A stretch of 64,000 bases of DNA from an uncultured archaeon (GTDB lineage: Archaea > Thermoproteota > Bathyarchaeia > Bathyarchaeales > Bathycorpusculaceae). A program made the translations under genes and the position numbers. The notes under the pieces are model-generated. The model did not search any database. It saw only the letters and a program-made list of their open reading frames with translations, and was not told the DNA's origin. Every line of letters starts with the position of its first letter. Position 1 is the first letter of the stretch. Of this stretch, positions 1-9,730 are shown piece by piece. Location of the stretch: NCBI GenBank assembly GCA_963782915.1, contig CAWALK010000015.1:160001-224000 (forward strand). Direction: 5' to 3'.

Positions 1-49
1 TTCTTCGGATTTGGCTTTTTAGGTTAATTTTTTTGTCGGTCTTGTTCAT
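1..49 (-). CDS. 5' end of a gene running off the window, possibly adenine phosphoribosyltransferase
   Basis: ATG at 49 gives MNKTDKKINLKSQIRR. This resembles the APRT N-terminus and lies 12 bp downstream of the MTA phosphorylase gene. Only 16 codons are visible. Confidence 0.3.
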   Translation of the reverse strand, partial: MNKTDKKINLKSQIRR

Positions 50-61
50 TTCAATCTACCT

Positions 62-868
62 CTATGCGAATGCGCCACTTAATGCACAGTTGCATTTGCA
101 GTTTGGTGTGCTTGGTGTTTGGGCGATGGTTTCAGCGATTATGCGTTTGACATTTTCAATGTTGCTTTTCATTATGTTAACGATGTCTTCAACGCATACG
201 TTGTGTTCTTTCCAGCAGTCATAGTCGGTAACTGTTGAGATGTTTGTGTAGCAGATTTCAGCTTCACGAGCTAATACAGCTTCGGGGACCATGGTCATGC
301 CGATGATGTCTGCACCCCATTTCTGGTACATGTGTGATTCCGCTTTGGTTGAGAAGCGGGGTCCTTCGATGCAAACATATGTGCCGGTTTCATGGTGTTT
401 GATTTTTAGGTTTTTGGCCACTTCTACTACGGTTTTGTGAAGTTCAGGACACATGGGTTCCGCGACGGATATGTGGCAGACTTTTCCTTCTGCAATGCTG
501 TAGAATGATTGTTCGCGTCGGGTGGTTCGGTCTATGAATTGGTCGGCAAAGACTATTTCGCCGGGTTGATAATCTTCTCTCAGCGAGCCAACGGTTGAAG
601 CTGCAAGGATACGTTTTACGCCTAAGCGTTTGAATGCCCAGATGTTGGCTCTTTGGTTGAGGTCCGTGGGCCTGATGGTATGAAGTTTTCCATGTCTTGG
701 TAGAAACGCCACGGTTTTGCCGCCGAGTTCGCCGATTGTGAAGGCGTCTGAGGGTTTACCGTATGGGGTATCTATCGTGATTTCTTGGACGTTTTTGAGT
801 AGTTTAGGGTCATATAGACCGGTTCCGCCGATTACTCCAAACTCGATTTGCATAGCTCTTAACTGCAA
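62..868 (-). CDS. mtnP: S-methyl-5'-thioadenosine phosphorylase
   Basis: GVIGGTG, FLPRHG, DQFIDRT, EGPRFSTKAE, GMT and TDYDCW motifs of the MTAP/PNP family. Confidence 0.93.
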   Translation of the reverse strand: MQLRAMQIEFGVIGGTGLYDPKLLKNVQEITIDTPYGKPSDAFTIGELGGKTVAFLPRHGKLHTIRPTDLNQRANIWAFKRLGVKRILAASTVGSLREDYQPGEIVFADQFIDRTTRREQSFYSIAEGKVCHISVAEPMCPELHKTVVEVAKNLKIKHHETGTYVCIEGPRFSTKAESHMYQKWGADIIGMTMVPEAVLAREAEICYTNISTVTDYDCWKEHNVCVEDIVNIMKSNIENVKRIIAETIAQTPSTPNCKCNCALSGAFA

Positions 869-955
869 GCGTTTGACTTATAAAAATAGCGCATGGCTGT
901 TTGATGGGGCTCCAAAATATTTTATTACCCCCGAAGTGTCATTTACTAGTTAGGA

Positions 956-1219
956 GTGATTTTTTTGCCAAAATATATGGTCAATTCAGCCATTCTACAG
1001 TCTGGAAAAAACCCCCAAGCCTGCGCTGAAGGCGCCGCAAAAATGCTTGCCAAAGGAAAAATCAAGGATATAGAAGCTAAAGCCTGCTACTGCTGTACCG
1101 GCGAAAACCGTGTTGCCTTCCTCATCGAGGGACCAAGCGAAGATGCCGTGTTGCAGGTGGTTCAGGAGCAACTCGATATTCCGGTTGCGTCTATTACTGA
1201 GGTACAGGAAGTCAAGTAG
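956..1219 (+). CDS. small hypothetical protein
   Basis: 87-aa ORF with GGAGTGA Shine-Dalgarno-like site and upstream TATA-like TTTATTA, divergent from mtnP. Confidence 0.65.
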   Translation: MIFLPKYMVNSAILQSGKNPQACAEGAAKMLAKGKIKDIEAKACYCCTGENRVAFLIEGPSEDAVLQVVQEQLDIPVASITEVQEVK

Positions 1220-1769
1220 CCTTCAAGACTTCTTTCGCTGCTTTAGTGTAGATGTCGAGGTCTTGCTCTGAAAAGAGCACTAATGTGATTTTTTCTATTT
1301 TGCCTTCTTTTTCTAGATAATCCTTGATTGCCTTTACGGCTATGCGACTAGCTTCCTCAGTTGGGAAATGATAGCTGCCTGTGCTGATGGATGGAAAAGC
1401 AACAGTTTTCAATCCCTGAGCAGACGCCAGTTTGAGCGTGTTCCAATAAGACCGCCGAAGTAGTTTGGCTTCGTCATGCAAGCCTCCATGCCAGATTGGC
1501 CCAACCGTATGAATAACATATTTTGCTTTTAGGTTGCCGCCTGAGGTGATAACGGCGTTTCCCGTTGGCAATCCATCTGGCCATTCTTTCTCTCGTAGGC
1601 GTTTGCATTCCTCAAGAATTTTCGGTCCGCCTCGGTTGTGTATGGCTGCATCTACTCCGCCTCCGCCTAGAAGCGTCGAGTTGGCTGCGTTGACGATTGC
1701 GTCTGCTTCGACGTCGGTTATGTCGCCTTTGATTAGTGTGAGGGTTGCGTTTGCGATTTTAAATTCCAT
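1212..1769 (-). CDS. macro-domain protein (O-acetyl-ADP-ribose deacetylase, YmdB/Af1521-like)
   Basis: GDIT, AIVNAAN, GGGGVDAAIH, VIHTVGP and AFPSISTG motifs. Confidence 0.93.
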   Translation of the reverse strand: MEFKIANATLTLIKGDITDVEADAIVNAANSTLLGGGGVDAAIHNRGGPKILEECKRLREKEWPDGLPTGNAVITSGGNLKAKYVIHTVGPIWHGGLHDEAKLLRRSYWNTLKLASAQGLKTVAFPSISTGSYHFPTEEASRIAVKAIKDYLEKEGKIEKITLVLFSEQDLDIYTKAAKEVLKAT

Positions 1770-1805
1770 ATTCTACCACTACTGCAAGCCTGCAATTATA
1801 CTATG

Positions 1806-2438
1806 CTATGCCAATATCGTCCACAGCGCCGAACCCATAAAGAAGAAACCGAAACCGACGAAGACAGCGACACAGAACAATGTTATGCCCACTCGGACCT
1901 TGTCATTCCAAAATCGCTGGGATTTGAAAACGACGAAAGCAGCGACCGTGTACCATGCAAAATCAGTAAACCAATGAACGCCCGTAAATATAGTGAAACC
2001 CAGCAGCCCAAACAGTTGAGCATTGAGAACTAAGGTTGTGCCGACGGTTAGCCACCATAGAATGAACCCTGCATTGATGGCGGTTGTGTATGCTCCTGCA
2101 AGTATAGTGTCCCGCATTGGACTCATCTTAGCCTCTTCGCGTTTGTTTCGGCTGCGGAAAGTCTGGACCCCCATTAAAACCATCATGGCTCCGCCGATTA
2201 AGCCCACGGCAACCTGCACCATCGCTGGGATCTCAAACATGCTCAGAACAAAATAAATCAAAAACATCAACGGAAACTCAACGAGACCGTGGCCAAGGGC
2301 GATTAGGGCTCCGGAGATTTTGCTTTTTTCAGCTCTTTTGAGGGTAACCGCGAATAGGGGTCCCGGCATAAGCACGCCTGAGAGTGAAATGAGCAGTACC
2401 GAAGCCAAGAACATAGGGAACTCCATTATGTAAGCCAA
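1806..2438 (-). CDS. LysE-family translocator
   Basis: SGVLMPGPL motif, about 6 hydrophobic segments. Confidence 0.85.
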   Translation of the reverse strand: MAYIMEFPMFLASVLLISLSGVLMPGPLFAVTLKRAEKSKISGALIALGHGLVEFPLMFLIYFVLSMFEIPAMVQVAVGLIGGAMMVLMGVQTFRSRNKREEAKMSPMRDTILAGAYTTAINAGFILWWLTVGTTLVLNAQLFGLLGFTIFTGVHWFTDFAWYTVAAFVVFKSQRFWNDKVRVGITLFCVAVFVGFGFFFMGSALWTILA

Positions 2439-2488
2439 GCAGGGGGCACCGTTTCGTTAACAGGTTTTTGCAGACTCGGCTATAAGGA

Positions 2489-3085
2489 TTACACGTCTGA
2501 GGGGCGATCCCATTCAATTTCGTTTTTGCTGGGTTCGCGTTCTTGGGTCTTCAGTAGGCGAGTTTGCATTTCCACGATGTCTGGGCTGTCCTTTGCGGTT
2601 ACGTAGTTATCCAGTAGTTTTTGGTTTAACTCGAAAAACGTGTGTCCCCACGGAAAAATCTCTAAAACTTGGTGAGCTTCTTCTTTGAAACCCGCAATAT
2701 AGAGAGCTGCCGCAATTGCTTCGGCGGTTGTTAGTTTGGTAAGCTTGCCAAAATTCACGGGGTTGCCTGCTATGAGGATGGGTAAGCATCGGCTGGTTCC
2801 ACGGACATGTTCACCCATGACTTTTTGGGCGTGTTCCCAACTGCAATCCAACGCAGCTAACCCGAACTGTTCAATCCTTTCCTTATCAGCTGGGGAGAAC
2901 GCGATTTCCCCAAAAGGATTTAAAACGATGGCTCTGTTTGGCAAGAATTTTACTCTAGTAACGATTCTTGCAAGCCCCCGACGCTTCAGCCGTAGTGCCG
3001 TATTCTTTTTGGGGTCATCTTGAGCAGCATGGTAAATGGAAATCCTAACGGGGAGGTTTGGTTGTGGTTCGGACTCAGGTTCCAC
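2489..3085 (-). CDS. tsr3: SSU rRNA aminocarboxypropyltransferase Tsr3
   Basis: QDDPKKNTA, LDCSW, RCLPILIAGNPVNFG, LTTAEAIAAAL and FPWGHTF motifs. Confidence 0.92.
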   Translation of the reverse strand: MEPESEPQPNLPVRISIYHAAQDDPKKNTALRLKRRGLARIVTRVKFLPNRAIVLNPFGEIAFSPADKERIEQFGLAALDCSWEHAQKVMGEHVRGTSRCLPILIAGNPVNFGKLTKLTTAEAIAAALYIAGFKEEAHQVLEIFPWGHTFFELNQKLLDNYVTAKDSPDIVEMQTRLLKTQEREPSKNEIEWDRPSDV

Positions 3086-4611
3086 TTGCTTGTTTCACCT
3101 TCAAATGATCCATGGGGTTTTCAAGAACTCGCGGAATCCACTCGATGATGTCTGTTGCAACCATGTGGTAACCGATTTCGGATGCTACCAAGTCGCCTGC
3201 TGCACCGTTTACGAATGCTCCGGCAACTGCTGCTTCGAATGGGTCAGCATGGAGCGCCATTAATCCTGCGATGATTCCGCCTAAAACGTCGCCTGTGCCG
3301 CCGACGGTCATGCCTGGGTTACCGGTGAAGTTCAGTTTTGAACGTTCAGCGTTACATATGATGTCGGTTTTGCCTTTTACAAGGATGGTTGCGTTTAGTT
3401 TCTTCGCGGTTTTCTGAATTGCCGCTACTCGCGCCTCCTGGTTTTCAGGCAAGGTTTCGCCCGTGAGTATAGCGTATTCGCCTGCATGCGGCGTCAAAAC
3501 CAACGGAACCTTCAAGGCACGTTTGAATTTGGCGAAGGCTTTCAACCCGTCAGCATCCAGCAGCAACGGTTTACCCGCCATTTCAACTTCATCGATGCAG
3601 GCTTTAACGAATTCTTGGGTTTCAGGGGTCAATCCCATACCGGGTCCCATGGCTACTACATCGACGTTTTTGATAAAGGGTTTGAGCGTTTCCATGTTCG
3701 CTGGGTTTAGATTGTCGCCTTCTAGTTTAACCGTAATCAAGTCAGGCGAGATTGATGTTATTTCGTAAGCGTTTTTTTGGGGCGTCGCCAAATAGACGAG
3801 GTCTACTCCTGTGCGCATTGCTGCCAAGGAAACTAATGTTGGAGCGCCTGAGTAGACGTCGCTGCCGCCGATAACCAGTAAGCGCCCAAAATCGCCTTTG
3901 TGACCCGTTGGACTACGCGGTTTAGATGCTAACAACACGTCACCCGGTCCTGCGAATCGCTCCATTTCCGAGGGCAAACCAATATCGCCAACAACGACTT
4001 CGCCGGTGTATCCCTTGGCTTTTTCCAAGCCCTTCTTTGCCTTATGGAAAGTCACGGTCAAATCCGCTTTAACAGCGGTTCCTAAGACGTCGCCGGTGTC
4101 GGAGTCGATTCCTGTAGGGACGTCGACGGCGAGTTTAAAGCCCTTTGTTGCGTTTATGGCGTCTACGACTTGGCTTATGGGCGCTTTAAGTTTGCCCTTA
4201 GTCCCTGTTCCTAATAGGGCATCGATAACTACGTCAGCAGCTATGGCAGGGATCGCTGCACTGTCTGTAACTTCAATAACAGGAATTTTACCTTGAAGCG
4301 ACCTGTAAAATCAGGAAGTTTTTCAGTGCCGCTTCATGGCTAATATCGCGTCCTTTTCCAACCAAAAACACGGACACCTCAAACCCCGCTGCCAACAGGT
4401 GCCGGGCAGCTACAAAGCCATCTCCGCCGTTGCCGCCAAGTCCGCAAAAAATCGCAACCTGCTTACCCTTGGGGAATCGTGTGATGACTTCTTGGGCTAC
4501 GTTTCGCCCTGCCAACTCCATGAGCTGCAGGAGGCTGACGCCGAAGTACTCTGCGTTAACTTCCAGGGCACGCATTTCGCGGCTTGAAATGAAGGAGTTT
4601 TGGTTTTGCAT
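3075..4611 (-). CDS. nnr: bifunctional NAD(P)H-hydrate epimerase/dehydratase, one frameshift near 4300
   Basis: N part has LMELAG and GGNGGDG. After the shift the frame reads DALLGTG, AVDVPTG, TVTFH, then HKGDFG, TPHAGE and GGTGDVLGG. Confidence 0.9.
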
Positions 4612-4665
4612 AGTGACGCCTTACTACCATTTGTCTACGTTTAAAGATAAGGCTATCCTTGAGCC

Positions 4666-5513
4666 GTATACAAAAGCATCTCCCAACACACTTTTTTAGG
4701 GAACAACTTTTTTGAGAATTTTTGAAAACAGAAAAAAAGGGCAAAAAACGCTAATTTTTTCGAAAATAGGCGAAGCTTATATAATCATGCCGAGCCAACG
4801 GCGACAATTTCGCTGGAGTTAACGACAAGGCAAGCTGAAGTGCAATAGGGTGCTCTTTGAAAAGTTCTGCCGGCGACTTGTACTCGCCAACAGACGCTTA
4901 TGCCAAGTGTCATAAGCAGTTGGGCTGTCAATTTCCGCTCAAAACCACACTGTTAAGCGAACCGGCAAGACAATACACGGTACTTAAGCTGCTTTGCACC
5001 CCAATTTTTAAAAATATTATTGAAAATCCGGTTGCCGCTTGCTTTCCAGCGATAAACTTTAGGAGCTAAGTGCCCTAAAGTTACTTGCTAGACGAAAATT
5101 TCTGCAATTATTGTTAGCCGTGACTGTGTTCTGCTGCTGTAATTCAGTTTGCCTTTTGGATTTTGCCAGAGTTTCTATTTTAGCTCTTGGTTTCTCACCG
5201 AAAAATAATCGAACGTACACTTTTTACATTAAATAGTTAAAAAAACCCTGGTGGTTTACCTGAAAAGACATGAAAGGCTGCAATTTATCCATAGACAACG
5301 TAAAAGTGTGGGCTACGGTTAACGAATAACCGAAAACTGAGGTCAGCTGGTTTTTGCGGATTTGGCGTTTTTCCCTGAAATCGAGGGAAACCTTATTTTT
5401 TGCGTTTTCACGTAAAATTGCCGTGGGTGCCGTTGGTGGTTGGTGTTACGGGTGGTTTGGGTGGTTCGCAAGGTTTGCAGGGAAAACTGTGTTTTGGTGA
5501 TGCTTTTGTATAC
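4666..5513 (+). repeat. modular non-coding element copy U1, bounded by inverted M1 motifs
   Basis: M1(+) 4666-4697, M4 box 4770-4789, M3 box 5199-5241, M5 box 5281-5327, M1(-) 5481-5513. No credible ORF inside. Confidence 0.75.
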
Positions 5514-5583
5514 AGCCTCCGGCTTAGTGGCGATGTAAACACAAATTACCCATATTTTGCTGCGCATATGTTAACCGTGCGGG

Positions 5584-6299
5584 GTGTCAAGGTTGAGTGT
5601 TGAGCGGAACCTGTTAATTTCGCTCCTAAAATTGACCAAAGAAGGGGCTACTTTAATCAAAGATGTCAATGTAGAGGCAAGATTGCCCTCAACTGTTTGT
5701 ATAAAGTTGCTGCAGAAAATGCAAAATGAAAACCTCATTTATCTGGAAGGCGACAAAGTAGAGGTTGACACTGAAAATCGCCTAAAAATTGCTGTAAAAG
5801 CAGTCTCATTAGGCGCAGATATCCAGAACATAAGTGACACGCTAAAATGGCAAGAGTTTGAAGAAATCGCTGCCATCGCACTTAAAATCAACGGATATGT
5901 CGTTAAGAAAAACTTGCGTTTTACGCATGGCGGCCGCAGATACGAAATAGACGTGGTCGGCTGCCGAAAACCCTTGTTGTCTGCATTGACTGCAAACGTT
6001 GGCAACATGCAATCGCAGCATCTGCGCTTAGGAAAATAGTTGAAGAACAATCCCAGCGAACAGAAGCCTTAGCGGACACTTTGCCCAACCTTAAATTGGA
6101 CCTTGAATGCACTAAATGGGAAAAAGCAAAATTCGTCCCGGCCGTCCTATCGCTTGTTCCAGGAGCCTACAAATTTTACTATGAAGTGCCGGTGGTGCCT
6201 GTGCTTTCGCTGCAAGATTTCATAGGTCAACTGCCCCTGTATATGGAAACAGTGAAGTGCTTTCCCAAAAAATTCAGCACCTTAAGCAGCGATTCTTAG
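5584..6299 (+). CDS. winged-helix plus PD-(D/E)xK (Mrr-like) nuclease-domain protein, frameshift near 5975
   Basis: WQEFEEIAA and YEIDVVG motifs. The reading continues in another frame (CIDCKRW) into ORF 6081-6299. Confidence 0.7.
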
Positions 6300-8153
6300 T
6301 ATCTCTGTTTTTGCCAGTTTAAAGGCTGGGTAAAGACTCAACAAAAACATTGCAATCAACGCTGAAATAAGCCAACCAAAAATCAAAACGATAGTGCTGG
6401 TTGACACTATGGGGTTAGCCATCAAAATCATCACGGTAATAATTGTTCCAAGCGAAATACCAGCTCCGAAGCTCGAAAAAAGCACGATTGCACCCTGAAT
6501 CGCCGAAATATTTATGATCAATCTGGGTCTAGCACCCACTGCCCTTAACATGGCGAATTCGGGTCGTTGCTCATCTATGGATAGCATCATGTAACCAACC
6601 ATACAAAGGGCGGCTGAGGCTACTGTGAAGAGAGGCAGAAACATGATGGCTTGCCAAGTTGCACCCAAAAACGCTTCGTTTTGCTCAACGGTTTGCGTGA
6701 GGTCAAAAACGTCCAAGTCCGAATCCGCCGCCTTCACTATGGCGCGTATTTCAGTTATGGCTGAGTTGCGATCTGCTGAATCCTCGAGGTTAACAACCAG
6801 CAAATTCGGATTCGCTATGCCCGTTGCATTCATCAATCTATCTATAGGTACATAGGTGACTAAGCCGTTGTTTATGGGGTCAACGTTGATGCCCACGATG
6901 CGGAAATTTTTGTTTCCGATTTGTATGCTTTCAACCAGTGGATCTGATAGGCGAATGTATTGCGCTGGGTCTGGGGAATACATTTTTTGGGCGATAGAGT
7001 CGCCGATTACTGCTTCAAAAGTGCCGTTTTCGCTTAGGTTTCTGCCTTTGCTGGGGATATTATTGGTTGATTTTGGGATCTAAACCGATTATGAGTGCTT
7101 CGCCTTTTCTGCTGTCGCCCACATAGGTTTCGGCTCCGTCGATTACGGTAAAGTTGCTGATTTCCCCTACAGTTTCATACAGCACCAGTCGCGGGTTTAC
7201 TGAATTTACACCGGACAAGGCAGTTAATCCGGGATAGACGGTGTCGGGAATTGCGAGTTTAGAATCGGAATAATTGAAGCTGCCTGCCTCTTTTGCGCCC
7301 GCAAACTTTTGCAGCAACAACTCATACTGAACACCCATACTACTATGAGCTACAACAACTGAGTTGCTGTTCGACGGTGCTGTTTACCCATGAAGTTGTG
7401 GTGTCTTTAGCGATTATGCCTCCGGCAACCGAAACCGTCAACAAAACAAACACAATCGAAAGCAAAACAACGATGCGCAGAGTTGCAGATTGCCGCCTAA
7501 AAAGGCTCCTTGAAGCGATACGCCATGTCAACGCTGAATGAGAGAGGGCTTTGTGTTTGCCGCCCATGGCTAAACCGTAGAAATTAACAGGGGAAAGGGC
7601 TTCGATCGCGGACATTTTTGAGGCTTTAATGATGGGCCGCAAACCGAAAACCAACGCCAACACGAAGAATACAACGAAAACTATGGGTGCAAACCACCAA
7701 TTCGGCGTTGAGTAGGCACCAAAAACGAGGTTAGCTGCAGTAAAGTCCGCTAAAAATCCGAAAACCACACCTAAGATGCACCCGATAAAAGTGACTGCCA
7801 ATAGTTCAGTCATGAAGTATCCGCCGACCAAACTGTTGGGGCATCCTGCCGCTTTGATCAAACCAAAATCACGGGTCCGCTGCGCCATCATCAAAAAAAC
7901 AATAAAAGATGTCAAAACTGCGCCGACTATGAAAGATGAGTGCGCCTATGAAAGTTAGGAATTGCCCAAAAGTCGCGCTTAAACCCAACGTAAAAGTACC
8001 CGTTGAGGCAGCTAGTCCGACGCCCAAGCGTCCGCTAAACAGCAGCAAAAACAATGTGGATGCAATACTCAAGGTGAGGGTTGTGATGACTAAGCCTGTT
8101 TGAAGCCGCCTCCGCAGTAAGTCGTTGATTGGGAAGCCTGCGCCGCTACTCAT
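6282..8153 (-). CDS. ABC transporter permease (FtsX/MacB type), broken into four ORFs by frameshifts
   Basis: Two FtsX signatures (QRTRDFGLIKAAG and EQRPEFAMLRAVGA), directly downstream of the ATPase gene. Confidence 0.8.
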
Positions 8154-8850
8154 TTTCCGTCGCCAACTTGCCTTCTTTTAGGGTGATTACTTGGTCGGCT
8201 AATTCGCGGATTTGTAGGTCATGGGTGGAGACTATGACTGTTTTGCCCTTGCTCTTTAGCAGCTGGAGTACGTCGAGGATTTTTTGGGCGTTTTTTGTGT
8301 CAAGGTTTCCTGTGGGTTCGTCGGCCAAAATCAATTCAGGATCATTAGCTAGTGCCCTTGCAAAGGCGACGCGTTGCTGTTCACCTCCGCTAAGTTGGGA
8401 AGGAAAATGTTTTTGGCGATGCTCCAAACCAACCATCGCAATTAACTCGGCAACTCGTGTTTCGATTTCCAGCGGCGGCTTTCGTGTCCACTCCATTGGA
8501 AAAGCCACGTTCTCAGCCACCGTCAAGGTTGAAACTAAGTTGTATGCTTGGAAGACAAAGCCTATGTGGCTGCAGCGAAAGTCTGAGAGAAAATCCTCAT
8601 CCCTGCCAGTCAGATTTTCGTCGGCAACAGTTATTTCTCCTTTTGTGGGCCGATCGATGCCGCTGATAATGTTTAGCAGAGTTGTTTTGCCTGAGCCGGA
8701 GGGGCCACATACGACCACAAATTTTGCTTTAGGAACCTCGATGCTGATGTCTTGCAGGACCGTGATTTTGTGGTTGTTGACTTGGTAGGTTTTCTCCAAG
8801 TTTTTTGTAGTAACCATTAACGAGTCATTATCGGGCATCGCCTTTATCAC
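8146..8850 (-). CDS. ABC transporter ATP-binding protein (LolD/MacB type)
   Basis: Walker A GPSGSGKT, signature LSGGEQQR, ILADEPTGNLD. Confidence 0.95.
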   Translation of the reverse strand: MIKAMPDNDSLMVTTKNLEKTYQVNNHKITVLQDISIEVPKAKFVVVCGPSGSGKTTLLNIISGIDRPTKGEITVADENLTGRDEDFLSDFRCSHIGFVFQAYNLVSTLTVAENVAFPMEWTRKPPLEIETRVAELIAMVGLEHRQKHFPSQLSGGEQQRVAFARALANDPELILADEPTGNLDTKNAQKILDVLQLLKSKGKTVIVSTHDLQIRELADQVITLKEGKLATENE

Positions 8851-8917
8851 CTGTTTTAGTTTAACGAGAGGTTACTTTTAAGCGAATAAGAAGCTTGAGG
8901 TACACTCATTTACCGTG

Positions 8918-9355
8918 CTACTCTGGGTAGCAGGTGTCGATGTTTAGGTTGCCTCGGTCACGCTTCAGAAGCCTGACCTTGTCGGGTAGCTTGTCTTTTT
9001 GCCAATCGCTCCAGCTGATCTCTTTAAACAGCCAACGTTTGCCCAAGTGTGCCACTACAACAGCGTGTTTGCTCTCGTTGCCTGAGGGAATGAATTGGTC
9101 TAGGAACCGGAAGAGTTTGTCGATTTGCACTTTGGGGAAGTAGGCGTAGTAGGTGGCGTTTTTGACTTCAAAAGCGTAGAGGTGGGGGCCTTTGCGCGCC
9201 ATTATGTCTGGGAGAGGGTTGAGGCTTGGGTTGCTCACAGGCACCCGGACCGCGAAGTATCCTTTCTTTTGGAGTAGTTTGACTAGTGCGGTTTCGCTGT
9301 AGAAGCCTCTTTTGCGCCAACGCCTTAGCCGGATGCGGTCTTCTTCAGTGCTCAA
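8918..9355 (-). CDS. Hjc/Hje-like Holliday junction resolvase family nuclease
   Basis: G...E..LVKLLQKKGYFAVRVP.S, PDIMA and AFEVK, the PD-(D/E)xK pattern of archaeal resolvases. Confidence 0.75.
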   Translation of the reverse strand: MSTEEDRIRLRRWRKRGFYSETALVKLLQKKGYFAVRVPVSNPSLNPLPDIMARKGPHLYAFEVKNATYYAYFPKVQIDKLFRFLDQFIPSGNESKHAVVVAHLGKRWLFKEISWSDWQKDKLPDKVRLLKRDRGNLNIDTCYPE

Positions 9356-9420
9356 CTCTTTGTCCTCGCTTTGCTGCTATTGGGGGTTGGTTTAATTAAA
9401 AAATTGTTGCACTGTAGAGC

Positions 9421-9453
9421 GCAAAACTGTGTTTTGGGGATGCTTTTGTATCC
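9421..9453 (-). repeat. dispersed motif M1
   Basis: Minus strand reads GGATACAAAAGCATCCCCAAAACACAGTTTTGC. Confidence 0.85.
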
Positions 9454-9698
9454 GCTTACTTTTTGGCTGGTGAAGCTGGGAGACACTGGTGACCATGCAT
9501 ATTCTGGATATTACCTTGATCACAATGGCAACTGAACAGGTATTGTATAACATTCAGGTTTTAAAAATAATGGCGATAAAGCTCTTACTAAACGCTGTCA
9601 AAGTGCCCTAGAGCCCTATATTGCCGGGAACAAAAGATGTCCCTAAGAGACCAAAAAACATCCGCCGAAACACCACAGAGCACACAAATCAGGCAGCG

Positions 9699-9730
9699 GT
9701 ATACAGAAGCATAACCCAACACACTTTTTT
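9699..9730 (+). repeat. dispersed motif M1, start of degenerate element U2
   Basis: GTATACAGAAGCATAACCCAACACACTTTTTT, followed by degenerate M4-like (9973-9995) and M3-like (10275-10300) boxes. Confidence 0.8.
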
